DNA of 63,175 bases, counting the filler, from Craspedostauros australis (lineage: Eukaryota), in assembly GCA_030167865.1 (NCBI GenBank). It is 9 parts of 9 records of this genome, joined end to end, with 100 filler letters (N's around TTAATTAATTAA, not from the genome) between each part and the next. Parts side by side here need not be neighbours in the genome. Positions count along the whole stretch, not along the records: positions 33,971 to 47,498 come from JALAGF010004592.1; positions 47,599 to 53,156 come from JALAGF010004593.1; positions 53,257 to 55,589 come from JALAGF010004594.1; positions 55,690 to 59,227 come from JALAGF010004602.1; 5 more parts are not named here. One strand, given 5' to 3'. Each line of letters opens with the position of its first letter. Within the stretch, counting starts at the first letter, position 1. Both the position numbers and the translations under genes were made by a program. Positions 44,768-56,616 of the stretch are shown here, one piece after another. Under the pieces are notes generated by a model that saw nothing but the letters and a program-made list of their open reading frames with translations, made no database searches and was not told the origin of the DNA.

Positions 44768-46605
44768 AGCGTAGTAGAGTGCAGTAAGCGATGCATGTTA
44801 ATAGAGAAGAGCACAGCGGAGCACTCTGCGAGTCTAGTAGCATAGCTCATATTATAGTATTCTATGCGCAATGCAGTGATAGAGATCGCAGGCCAGCATG
44901 ATGGAATAGAGTTTTTGCAGTGCGAACAGAGGAGCGCAGGGGACGAATGAGCTTCGACGACAACAGCGCTGATAAAAGGTGATTTTCCGCCTGGCGATGA
45001 CAGCGCCGTTTTTCTTGGCCGCTTTCCTGTCGACAAAACTGGATCGTTTGACATGGACAGAGCATCGCAGCAGACGGTTTTCAAATGCCGTTCAACCCTG
45101 CGGAGCATTGCTGCTCATGCTGAGGCACGCGCTTGTTGTTTCACATTGTGATCGTGCATGTCTCCCGTCGAGAGAACCATCTCATTCAGGTGTTCCCGCA
45201 TCTTCACGACTGCGCATGCCACCCTTCCCTGTTGCGTGCTGGTTGTGTACGCGCTCGTTGTGTGCTCATTGTGTACGCGCACGTTTTGTTTTCGTGGTGT
45301 GTTTGCGAATTGGATGTCAGTCTGTGGTGTTTAGATTTCATGAATGTCTGTTGGCTTTGTGCATGTTTGCGTTCCGGCTGTTTCTGTTCGGATTCTTCGA
45401 CAATGGGTCACGACTGAGAAATTCGAGAACAAGTCAGTGATTGAGTCGTGGGAGTTCGCAGACATCGACATTGTGATGACGTCGTTTCACGACCTCGCCT
45501 TGGCGAACTGCGAAGGGGACGACATCGTCAACAAGGCCATTCGCTATCGATACTCCTGCATGTGCCTCCCGTGTCACGGATACCACTATCGATAAGTCGA
45601 AGGTGTTGGTATCAACAAAGGAACATCACGCAGAGAAATGGGGCACCGGCCTTGTGCGGTGCAACCGCCAATCGGCGCGTACAATTGAACGACGTACATG
45701 ACACACACGATCCCAACAAGGAGGATGATAGAGATTAGTTTGAGGTGGCTGTCCTCCACAAATCAATTCCCAAGAGAGGCACCGTCGTCGCTGTGTCGAG
45801 CACACGTTGCCTCCTCCATCTTCTTGCTGGTACCGTGATGGCTATCACCCCCGGGTCTGCAGGTTGGCATGTTATTGCGGTTGCAACCCAATAATCATTT
45901 GTATTCGTGCTATCAAGTCTGTCGGCGCAGTACGCGTTCCTTTTCGCCATTGGAGGCAATACGGATGGTCTCTCTCTCTCTCTCCGGAGAAGAGGCTACT
46001 CTGGAATCAATAATATTCTAGAATACTACTCCGACCGGAAAGGATTCAGCCATCACGCCGACCAGGCGGAAATGTGTCCGCCGGCCATGCCCAACGGACA
46101 AAGCAGCGGTAAAATACGGCATCCGTATTAATGTCTCTTTTCGTTCAACACGAAAACTAGATCCGGGTTCTTCCCATCATGTGGCATCAATCCCGACTTC
46201 GGTTTCAGTTCTATCGGTCTTGTAGGGTATGCCTTCACGTCAGTATCTTGTGTTGTCTTGTTAGTCTGTCTGGTAGTTTGTGTGTGTGTCTGCTAAGCAG
46301 TAGTGCTCCTTCATCTTGCAGGAGAGAAGTGCGCGGCGTTGACTCCAGTAGAGTGCGATTGTGCAATGCAGTACTATTGTAGACTCTACTACAGTGTCAT
46401 AATTGTTCGCCATCTATTGGCCAGATGCTACTCTGCTGTGTGACTCTACTTCCTTCACACCCATTGGATCATTGCTCCTCTTTGCCATGGTGCACCATCA
46501 TTCTCACCTTATGACGCCATTGCGATTAATGCAACGCCCATGTGGTCCTCAAATAGGTGTTGGCTGTGCGTTTCGCGGTGCGCAGCGCACAGCTCACGTC
46601 ATACA

Positions 46606-47390
46606 TGTTGGCAAGTTTCGCTCACGGATACTCTTGCAACTGTAGGTGACGGTAGTGGTTGTTACAGTTCTGTTTGCTATTTCACTACATTGGCACTCCG
46701 ATCCTCTTGGTGCCTCTTGTTGCTCTGCCTGATGCTCTTGGTGCGTCTCTCCGACTATGAGTCAGCATGTGAGATGCTCTCTTGCTGTTCATCGTATTCT
46801 CTCTCTCTCAATATTGCGTGTTCACACCATGCGATATTCCGTGCTCGATATGTATTCCATATTCGGTATATACTCTGTCATCTCATTCTCTATTGGCCCG
46901 CTACTCTGCGAGTAATCGCCAATGTCTTGTCCGAACTCCTCCTTGTACATCCACGATCTCGATATCCCTTGGTCATCAAATCTTCACCTTCTTGATCTGA
47001 TGTGAAGACAGATGTTGACGTGGTGACATGATGACATCCTGTCAACATCAGCTCTCGCCTTCCATGGTCCTCCAGATTCCATTTTCCATTGGTGATGTGA
47101 TGGCTTGGCGAGGATGTTGTCATTTGAGGTTTAGTTGGGAAGTACATTGATCATTAGTTGATGCCATACATTTTTGTCTGTTGATGGACGGACAGGATTC
47201 CTGATGCTCTCAGAAATGTTTGTTCACGAGTTTCCTTCCGGAGTTCTGATTGTTTTCATGTGTCCGAATTCATGATGTGATTTTGACAAATCACAGTATA
47301 CTATCGACACACGTGTAGTTGTACCATCCATACATGAGTATGAGAGAATAGCAGGTGAACGATGCACATACACACATATACATCTCGACA
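46606..47390 (-). repeat. Complete 785-bp 3' LTR of a copia element
   Basis: TG...CA ends (TGTTGG at 46606, TCGACA at 47390). The minus-strand PPT AGGAAGGG at 47398-47391 follows the RNase H end (SDGFTKN). Homologous over its length to 53257-54050. Confidence 0.88.
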
Positions 47391-50300
47391 CCCTTCCTGT
47401 GTGTATTCGGTCAATCGAATGTTCTCGATGTGTCAAGGTACGACTTCTCATGTTCACGTTGTAAGTCGGCCTTGATGTTCTTGGTGAATCCGTCACTTNN
47501 NNNNNNNNNNNNNNNNNNNNNNNNNNNNNNNNNNNNNNNNNNTTAATTAATTAANNNNNNNNNNNNNNNNNNNNNNNNNNNNNNNNNNNNNNNNNNNNGT
47601 TCGAAGTTGATATTCTTGAGGGTCGATACCAACATCTTGAACCATTGCCTGGCGCTCTGCACAAGTCCGTAGATTGGCTTGTATAGGGTCAGGGCTTCGT
47701 CTGGTTGATGATCCATCCCATTGGGACAGTTCATGTAGATCTCCTCGTCGAGGTCTCCGTGTAGGAATGCCGTTTCGACATCGACGAGTGCGCAGTCCAT
47801 CTTCTTGATCAGCATGATCACCATCATGACCCGATAGGTCACGTCATGGATGACAGGTGAGTAATGCTCTTGGAAGTCCACTCCTGCGACTTGTGAATAG
47901 CCACATGCAACGAGCCGCGCTCGATGTGTGCCGTCACGCTTCAGCTTGAAGACCCATTTGCACTTGCAGCATCTGCGGCCGCGTGGGATGGCGTCTCATT
48001 TGATCTTGCTGTACACCTTGCGTGTATCCATGGAGTCGAACTCCTTCTTGATGGCTGCTCGGTATCCCTTTCGATGAATAGGGTCTGGATGATTGAAGGC
48101 TCCGTCGAATGTCATAGGTTCGATGTGCTTCTCTGGTTCCTTGTTCTCGTCTTGCATCGATAGTCCGATATCGATCGCTGGTACCTCGGTGATGATTGCA
48201 TTCATTCTGTATAGTCCTGTTGTGCTATGGTGAGTGATCTCGATCTCTCCTTCATCTATGATTTCTTCGTTATCTGTAGTTTCGTTGTTGGAGTCGTCGA
48301 TCATCTCATCGCTAAGTTCATCACTGTCTTCGTTGGATGATGGTTCGCTCTCATAGCCCTCTTCCTTTCGGCCTCGTTCGTTGAAGTCTGCGAGCTCACG
48401 CAGAGCTCTGGGAATGCTCTTCCCTGTAGTTGATTTGGGATTAGCTTCTCCCTTCCTGCCTCGCGCTTCGTGACGTCGGATCCTCTCCTTTCTAGCTATG
48501 TCACGCTTGCTTGGTTTGCTTGGTGGAGGTCTGGATGGTGTGTCATGTGTAGATCTCGCTGGTGTGTTCGGAGGGGTGACGTCTGTGTCATCGTCGGCTT
48601 CGTCGCCGGATGGTGTGATCTCGTCATCCTCATGATTGGATTCGCTCCGATCTTCCTCGTCGTCATGGACTAATTGAGTTACTGCTCCGTCGTCCTCATC
48701 ATCCTCATCGTCGCTGTCCGATAGGATGTGGTACATGTTACTGTTAGCGAAAGATACTCTCTTTGCTTCTGATGTTTGACGCGTTGCCGTCTTTGGCGTT
48801 GCTCCCTTCCGTCCGATGGTTGTGAAGCCGTCTGCGTCCGTTATTCCTGTTTTGTTGGATATGTTTGGTGCTGATGCCCAGCCGCGGAACTGTCCGTATG
48901 ATTGGTTGAGCTATTTGATGTCGCGAGAGCAGATCAGTGACTTGGTTGATGGTCTGTACATGTTGTAGACCCCTGAAGCGTGTTGGTGTGCATATCCGAT
49001 GAACACCATCTCTTCTCCTCTATTCTTGAGCTTGGCGGTGATCCCGCCGTAGGTAGTCTTCACAACACCCACCTCTCCAAATGTGCGGCGTGCATCCGCA
49101 TATGGTGGATCGTTGCCGAAGAATTGTTGATGTGGTGACTCCTTCTGATTCTTCGCTACGGTGATGTTGGCAATGGCAGTGGCAGTGCTAGCAGCTGCTG
49201 CCCATAGGCCATGCCTATACTCTTCGTCAAGCTGTGCTCCATTGAGCATGGAGCGGATCTTGGTGTAGAGGTACGCGAACTTGCGTTCTACTCTGCCGTT
49301 CTGTTGCGGCATGTTCGATGCCGTGAATTCGAATTTCACGTTCAGTCCTGCATCGATGAGAATATCCTGCGTGGATTTGTTCTCTCGACTGTTATCTCCT
49401 CGGAAGATGATCTGTTGGTCAACTGTCTGTGATTTGATCGTCTGGACGAATCGTTTGATGTACCCTGGTTGATCACTTTTGTTCTTGAGAAAGAAACTCC
49501 AGCAGTGATCTGTGCAGTCGTCCACGATCAGGGTCCAGTAGCGTTTATCTCCGAAGCTTGTGTGTTTAGTGTAACTAATGTCAATGAAGAGCCGTTCGCC
49601 GTGGCGAATCGCTCTCGGAATGGTTGCCTTCGGGATGTTCTTTACTCTTGCGTTCGCGACCGCGCAGTCGCGACATACCGGCATCTCGCCGATGATCTTC
49701 CATCCGTATTGAGCGGCTGTCCGCTTCATGGTTTCGAGTGGCGCGTGGCCGAGCATTCGATGCAAGTTCACCGCGCTGATCTCCTTTGATGAGTTCTTGA
49801 CGAGGGCTGTGCAAGCCTTGTCATCGTCCGTTGGCATGATGGGATGCATCTGCACTCCCGTGATGAATCCGTTGGATGTGGGAAAGACTCGATCGAACAC
49901 GATCTTCGTTCCGGATCCGTTGATGATGTCCATCAGAATGCCGTTGCTACCAAGTTGGTAACCGTTCTACAGAGCCTTGTTCGTGGAGAAAAGGTTCACT
50001 GCCATTTTCGGTGTGTACTTCACGTCATCGAGCCGGATGATGTGGCCAGTGTTGTTTCGTTGCTTGACCTTCAAGCGAATGGATCCCATTTTGGGAGAGT
50101 CCAGTTTCGTGCTGTCTCCCACTTGGACGAAGGACTTGATATGCCGCACGTTGAAGAGAGCGGCGTCTGAATTGACGATGTGACACCAGGCTCCGCTGTC
50201 GGCGAGCCAAGTGTTCTTGTTGACCTTGTCCTTGTGCTTGGTGCTTAGCTCATGGAGCTGCTCCGTGGCTGCCGCAGCTATCTCGTCGTTGAAGCTGCCG

Positions 50301-52600
50301 TCATCGTCGTCTTCGTGAACTCCATCTTCGTTGTATGGGTTGTGATCTTCGTCGTCGTCCATGTTGTTGGGTAGTTGTGCGTAGTCCGATAGAATCGTAT
50401 TGCTCCGATGTGATCCTGTGGCTGGATCGTATGGGTGGACGCGTGATCGCTCTCGCAAGAGCACACGCATGCACCCTCCAAGGATGTAATGCAGATCCGT
50501 CTCTGGGATCGTCTCTGTGTCATTCGCTTCCAATATGCGGTTGATGACGACCGAATTGGCGAGAATCTCTTCGATTGATCTGAAGTTCTCGGATAGGATG
50601 GATCCCATCATGTTCACCCATATCGGTCTGAGCACTCCTTGTACGTGTCCTGGGAAGAGTTTCGTTCCTGCTTCCATTACGGCGTCGAAGATGAGTTGCT
50701 TTTGGATTATCAATGCTGTTGCTGTTCCGTAGGGAATGGTATCATGACGAAGGAGGTAGTTTGAGTCGTTGGGATTCCCAATCGGTGGGAAGTCGATGTC
50801 TCTTGGATAGACGACACGCTCGTTTGGGTTGAAGCTGTCGTCTGGATGATCTTCGGTTTTGTCGCTGTCATCTTCGTCGAAGATGCCCGATCTGTTGTTC
50901 CCCGCCGCTGGAGGAGGCAGCGCCGCGCCGCCGTTCGATTCGTCTTGGCCTCTATCATTGTCGTTGATCTCGTCGTCGGCCTCTTCGCTCATGGCCTCTT
51001 CGATGTCGCTATCGTTGGCCTCGTTGCCCATCTCGGCTTCGTCGCCGTATGAACCGATCAGGTCGTGCGCGTTGAAGCAGCATTCGTAGCTCACTTCGCG
51101 TCTTGGATCCACCTCGTGGATGATGGGCTCCTCGCTGAGCCACTCCGGAACGATCTCATCGTCCTGTACTTCGTCGTCACTTCCGACGCACTCGAAGTTA
51201 TCGAAGAAGGAGTCTTCGATGTAGTCGTCAGACACCAACATGCAGAGCGGCATGTCCTTTGCCGAGAGCACCATCTCGTGCCCGCTCTTGTCGTGTCCTT
51301 CCGTTGCTGTGTTGACCTGTTCGTTGGCCTTCTTGTTCTCATTGAACTTCTTCTTTCGGCACTCCGCCTCGCAATGTCCGAAGATGCCGCAGTAGTTGCA
51401 TTTGCCGTTGAAGTCGCTTCCTTTGTTGCGGTTGTTGTTGCGCTTTCCGTTCATCTTGTTGTTGTTGTTGTTTTTCTTGTTGTTCGATTTCTTGCGTTCT
51501 GGGCAATCAGCGGATCTGTGACCATACACGCCACAGTTGTGACAAGTACCCTTGAAGTTACCGGTGCTCGTGAAGCCGGTGTCGTTGCTCTTCGTGTTGC
51601 TGTCTTGGAAGTCATCGACGTATGCCTTGCCTCCTTGATGAGTGGCGTATGCAGTGCGGAGTACTCCTCTGATTGCGTTGATGGTAACCAGTTCCGGATT
51701 GAACGTGAGTTGATGTTGGAAGTTCACGATGTGAGTTCTGTACTCGCTGCTCACCGTGCTGAGGATTTGCATGATCATTTCCTCGTCCGTGATCTCGTAC
51801 TTGACATCATGGAGACGCAATCGTAAACCCTCGAGTTGCGTGATGTAGATGTCGGGGTCCGTGTCTCTCTTCATCTTTTCGTTGTTGAATTGACGCTTGA
51901 GCTTGATCTTCGTCGCTGCATCGGATGGACGAAACTTCTCCGCGAGAACGTTCCACGCTGCGTATGCGTCTCCTTCGGGGTAGTCGTCGGAGATGCATTG
52001 GTTGATGTACTGGATGGCCTGCTTGCCTTTTCCTTTCTCTGCATCCATCATGAGGATCAGATCGCTATAGCAGTCGCATCCCAGCTCGTAGATCTCCTCC
52101 ATCGCTTCCTTGGCATCGCCGTCGGCTGCCGCGATCTCACTCACTGTTGGCACTTTGGTTTTACCCAACATCACGTCTCTCGTCTTCTGTGCACGAGCAT
52201 ATGCCTTCGCTTGGGACTCCCATGCGCTGTAGTCTTCCTGTTCACCGCTGAACATCGGCGCCTTGATGCGTCGCTTGTTCACATTGGCTGATGTCGCCAT
52301 ATTGATTCGTTGTTTCGTTGTTGGTGCGCTCGCGCCCTGGATTTCCGTCTGTTTCTGTGTTGTCACTTTTTCGATTTTCACTCGTTGTTGCGTGGAGATT
52401 GTTTTCGTCACAAATTCTCCTCCTGGTGGTGTCTCACTTTTCCCACTCTGTTTGGCTGTGCGAATGCTCTTCGTCACACCAGTCTCCTCTTGCTTGATCG
52501 CCTTGAGGATACTCTCCTTCTCGCGGTGTAGCCTTGCAGACCGTTCCTCTTCGGTCTCGTCGATCGCGCTTGCGTCTGCGCCTGATAGGACAGTAGCCGC
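47391..52600 (-). pseudogene. gag-pol: Ty1/copia gag-pol (Gag with two CCHC knuckles, protease, integrase, RT, RNase H end) with three in-frame stops; part of RT/RNase H missing at a contig join
   Basis: CHNCGVYGHRSADC and CNYCGIFGHCEAEC; WLADSGAWCH (protease); LHRMLGH...CRDC, LFIDIS, RGDNSRE, PQQNGRVER (integrase); KWVFKLK, RARLVACGYSQ, DVETAFLHG, IYGLVQSARQW (RT). The four annotated ORFs share one frame, separated by stops at 49967, 48911 and 47996. Confidence 0.95.
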
Positions 52601-52790
52601 NNNNNNNNNNNNNNNNNNNNNNNNNNNNNNNNNNNNNNNNNNNNNNNNNNNNNNNNNNNNNNNNNNNNNNNNNNNNNNNNNNNNNNNNNNNNNNNNNNNN
52701 NNNNNNNNNNNNNCTGCTGCTCTTGAATGATGTTCGTCTTCCTCGCACGATACGATTCGCGGGCTCGCCCTGATCTATCGTTTATAAACG

Positions 52791-53155
52791 TGTTGGCGAG
52801 TTCCGCTCACGGTAACCTACGATCGTGGAAGATGGTATAGGTTGATAGTCGTTCGTTTGCTATTTCATTAGTTGGTTACTCCGATCCTCTCGGTGTACGC
52901 CCGTTCTTCTTGCCCGATGCTCTCGGTGCTTCAATCTGTTTCGTAGATTCGGTCTCCGACTATGAGTCGGTACGCGAGATGCTCTCTCTCTCTCTTTACT
53001 CTCTCTCTCAACATCGTGTACTTGCGCTACACGATACTCCGTGTTCGATGCGTACTCCGCATTCAACACTCCGTTCGTTCAGTACTGGTTCCTACTCCAT
53101 GAGTACTCACCATTTGAAGTCCATCTTCAGTATCCATGATCTTCATGGGTCATCG
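52791..53155 (-). repeat. 5' LTR (partial) of the copia element
   Basis: Same LTR family, positioned upstream of gag on the minus strand and ending CCAACA at 52791; runs into a gap. Confidence 0.88.
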
Positions 53156-53256
53156 GNNNNNNNNNNNNNNNNNNNNNNNNNNNNNNNNNNNNNNNNNNNN
53201 TTAATTAATTAANNNNNNNNNNNNNNNNNNNNNNNNNNNNNNNNNNNNNNNNNNNN

Positions 53257-54050
53257 TGTTGGCAAGTCCCGATGTTGGGAGCCTACGATCGTGGAAGACG
53301 GTGGTGGTTACTGTTTCTCTGTTTGCTATTTCATTAGTTGAAGCACTCCGATCCTCTTGGTGTCTCCGTAGTCTTGCCCGATGCTCTCGGCGCGTCTGTC
53401 TCTTCACAGATTGGTTGAACCCGACTATGAGTCGGTACGCGAGATACTCTCTCGCTCTTGCTTGTTATCTCTCTCTCTCTCTCTCTCTCAATAGCGCGTG
53501 TTTGTACTACGTGTCACTCCGTGCTCGATGCGTACTCCGCATTCGACACTCCGTTCGTTTACTAATGGCTTCTACTCCACGAGTACTTGCCATTTGAACT
53601 CCTCTACATGTATCCGTGATCTTGATGTACTTCTGTCATCTGATCTTCACCTTCTGCTTCTGACATTGAGACAGATGTCGACGTGGTGACATGATGACAT
53701 CCTGTCGGCGTCAGTTGTCGTCCTTCTGCTCTCCAGATGTCACGTTCTGTCGATGATGTCGATGTCTCGGTGCGGATATCGTCATTTGAGGTTTAGTTGG
53801 GAAGTATACCAAGTTTCGCTTGGTACCATGCGTTCCCATTGATGGATGGACGGACGATGTTCCTGATACTCTCAGAAATCGTTGTTTGCAGATTTCCTCC
53901 AGAAATCCTGCTCATTTTCGTGTGTTCTATTTGTGGTGTGATTTTGTCAAATCTCAGTTCACTACAAAACGAATGTAGTTGTACCGTCCGTACGTGAGTA
54001 TAAGAGAATAATGGGTGAACGATGCACATACACATACGTACATCTCGACA
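53257..54050 (-). repeat. Complete LTR of the same family (~794 bp)
   Basis: TGTTGGCAAG...CATCTCGACA; colinear with 46606-47390 but diverged. Confidence 0.88.
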
Positions 54051-54073
54051 TATACACGCATGCACATCTCAAC

Positions 54074-54497
54074 ATATCTCATCACACTGGGTGGGTGCCC
54101 GCTAATCTGGAAGTCAAAGCTTCAGACGGAGATCGCTCTTTCCACAATGGAGGCCGAGTATGCGGCCCTGTCTCTGGCCATGCGCGCGCTCATCCCCATC
54201 CAACAGCTCATCCGCCAAGTCATCGACAACGCTGGCACAAGCATGCCGCTGCACGCACAGCTCCAGTGCACGGTGTTCGAGGATAATCAGGGATGTATCG
54301 CGCTCGCCGCCAATCATCAACCCACGGCACGCACTAAGCACTTCCTGACCAAGTGGCACTTCTTCTGGTACTGGGTCAAGGCAGGGTTCATTTGCATCAA
54401 ACACATTGCCACGACTGAACAACCCGCCGACATCTTCACAAAGGGACTGGCGATTGTTCTTTTCGAGTATCTGCGCAAGCAGATCATGGGCTGGTAA
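54074..54497 (+). pseudogene. pol: Copia RNase H fragment of a different family, interrupted at its 5' side by the LTR
   Basis: YLITLGGCPLIWKSKLQTEIALSTMEAEY...FEDNQG...TKHF...QPADIFTKGL...IMGW stop; same type as 9021-9602. Confidence 0.92.
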
Positions 54498-54558
54498 AGC
54501 CAGCAACACCAGGGATGGAGTTTTCTTCGAAATCTATATCTTGTCACGACACAACACT

Positions 54559-55171
54559 GAGAGGGAGAGTTGAAGTTCAACTAAGAACCGACTACTTTCC
54601 TTTTTAGAGTATCCCGTGTCGTTGCTTGAAATTGCTTTTGGCGCGCAATAGTCCAAACCCGACAATGGACAGACCTTCCTTGCCCTCCCCTCTTTTCAGT
54701 CACGAATCATTCCCGATTCCCATGCTACGGTCCATCTAAGCCAACCAACGCATGTGGGAACTATATGCTCCCCAGATCCTGTCAGATGGACTTCACCTGG
54801 ATTCCCTTTTGCTGGCACGACGTTTGTTGGCCATGCCAGCCACATCGTGAGCAATCCAAGCTGCTTCAACCTCAGCAATGGAATCCTGATGCAAGTTCAG
54901 TCTGCTGGCTCCGGCTGCGCAGCTCCCATCCCTTCAACATCTGCTGAAGCCACGAGACCTGCTGCATGACATCGCCTAAGACTCAGAGGGTAAGGACACA
55001 GAGGAAAGTACAGTCTCTTCTCAGCACTGAACCATGAGGGTCAGTGCAGAGCCGTGTCAATACCAGAACATCGTTTCTTCATCCTGCCTACAACTACTAA
55101 CTCATATTATACATGTTCGGATTAGTACAACACTACTACTCTATTCATCGTTACAGCTTTAACAGTCAAAC
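54559..55171 (+). repeat. Polypurine tract and probable 3' LTR of the plus-strand copia fragment
   Basis: GAGAGGGAGAG at 54559-54569, about 60 nt after the RNase H stop. The LTR end is not verifiable (candidate ends TTAACA ~55164, CAAACA ~55171). Confidence 0.45.
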
Positions 55172-55689
55172 AGCGTTTGATAGAACGATAATGAAAACGA
55201 GGTGAACTTACTGAACGCTGAAGGGTGATCAATCCGTGGTAGTACAGTAGGTGAACAAGGTTGTTGTTGAGTGTGTGTCTTAGTCTTTAGAGCTGTAACG
55301 AATCCAAATGAGACTTTCAAAAGGATTGTGAGCATGTGATGTGCAGCATCCATTATAGTTGGATCTGCAACATCTCTATTAGTAGTAACATAGTGGAGCG
55401 TTGAGTCTCCGTACGTGCCATCATCGCGGTGTCGATGTTGCCATTTCCGAGAGGAGACATCAATTTCGTGGCGGTCGGAGAGAGAGTTTGTTGTTCACTC
55501 TCTTTCGATCAATTTGGGGGAACAAGGTTCATCCAACGGTTTGACCCGATTGTCCGTTCAGGACAGGTCATGTCACGCCCATAAGTGGCNNNNNNNNNNN
55601 NNNNNNNNNNNNNNNNNNNNNNNNNNNNNNNNNTTAATTAATTAANNNNNNNNNNNNNNNNNNNNNNNNNNNNNNNNNNNNNNNNNNNN

Positions 55690-56616
55690 ACTGATGCCTC
55701 TGACTACGATTCCGCATCTCCGACAAGTGTCAAGGAAGAGCTGTGCATATCAACGAAGGACAAGCGCAGCCTCAGCATCAATTCGAGATCTTACCTCGAC
55801 GATGATGGCTCGGCGTCCATTGCGACCAAGAGCACGTACTTCTCTTCCTTCTCCTCCACTGTTTCGTCGATCTGCCCGAGCAGATGCCAGAAGCTGACGA
55901 GAACAGTCCGATTTGCGCTGGGAGAAGCAGACGGAGACGAGCATCCACACCGCATGCATGATGCGCACAGGAAGCCAGGTCACACTCATCGCGGAGGATA
56001 CGATCGAAACGATGATGGTGGTGGTGGGAAGGATGGCAGCAGTGCGCCGGATCGTGATTGGATCCATGCCAGCGCAAAACGCCACTACAACAGCAACAAT
56101 AGCAGCAGCAACAGCATGGACAACGCATGCACAGGTTCCGCGACCAACCACACGCTGGTGTTGACGGAGGAAGATCGACGAAACGGGTGGTGGACGAAGG
56201 AAGAGCATGAGCGGAACTTCGAGCGAACCAAGCGCATCGTGTGCGAGCGTCGCAACAGACACGACGACGGCACAGACGAATTCGTCAAACTGTTCTCCAT
56301 CTGCGCCACATGTCCCAAGAAGCTGAGGGAATTTGCATTCGCAGATCTGAACAAGCACAGAGACAACCGCGGTCTTGAGCGGTACATGCACGACGTGCTG
56401 TCGCGGTACAAGGGCGGCATGATCAAGAGCATCCTCGAGATTCAATCCAAGCTGCCTCGGAGCCTCGATTCGGATGCGCGTGCGAAGCTCCTGGCCATCA
56501 AGTCCGCCCAGCTCAGCAAACCGTCCAGGGCTCTGGCACGGTTCCTCGCCAAGCAGGATGAGCGGGAGGTTCTCGAGCACATCCAGGACGAATTCAACAA
56601 GGGCTCCTGTCGTTAG
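55690..56616 (+). CDS. Diatom-type RGLE-motif hypothetical protein, 5' end in the gap
   Basis: Frame is open from the gap edge at 55690. Motifs TVRFA, WWTKEE, RGLERY, SAQLSKPSRALARFLAKQDE occur in the same order as in 58007-58855. Confidence 0.75.
   Translation, partial: TDASDYDSASPTSVKEELCISTKDKRSLSINSRSYLDDDGSASIATKSTYFSSFSSTVSSICPSRCQKLTRTVRFALGEADGDEHPHRMHDAHRKPGHTHRGGYDRNDDGGGGKDGSSAPDRDWIHASAKRHYNSNNSSSNSMDNACTGSATNHTLVLTEEDRRNGWWTKEEHERNFERTKRIVCERRNRHDDGTDEFVKLFSICATCPKKLREFAFADLNKHRDNRGLERYMHDVLSRYKGGMIKSILEIQSKLPRSLDSDARAKLLAIKSAQLSKPSRALARFLAKQDEREVLEHIQDEFNKGSCR

Noticed and set aside
45400..45800. Coding-like stretch (WEFADIDIVMTSFHDLALANCEGDDIVNKAIR)
   Set aside because: Short, interrupted by stops and with no family recognised; may be a gene or TE relic, but unsupported
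46601..54056. ATACA before the LTR at 46606 and TATACA after the LTR at 54050 as a TSD of one large element
   Set aside because: Offset by one base, low complexity, the LTRs are clearly diverged, and two contig joins intervene
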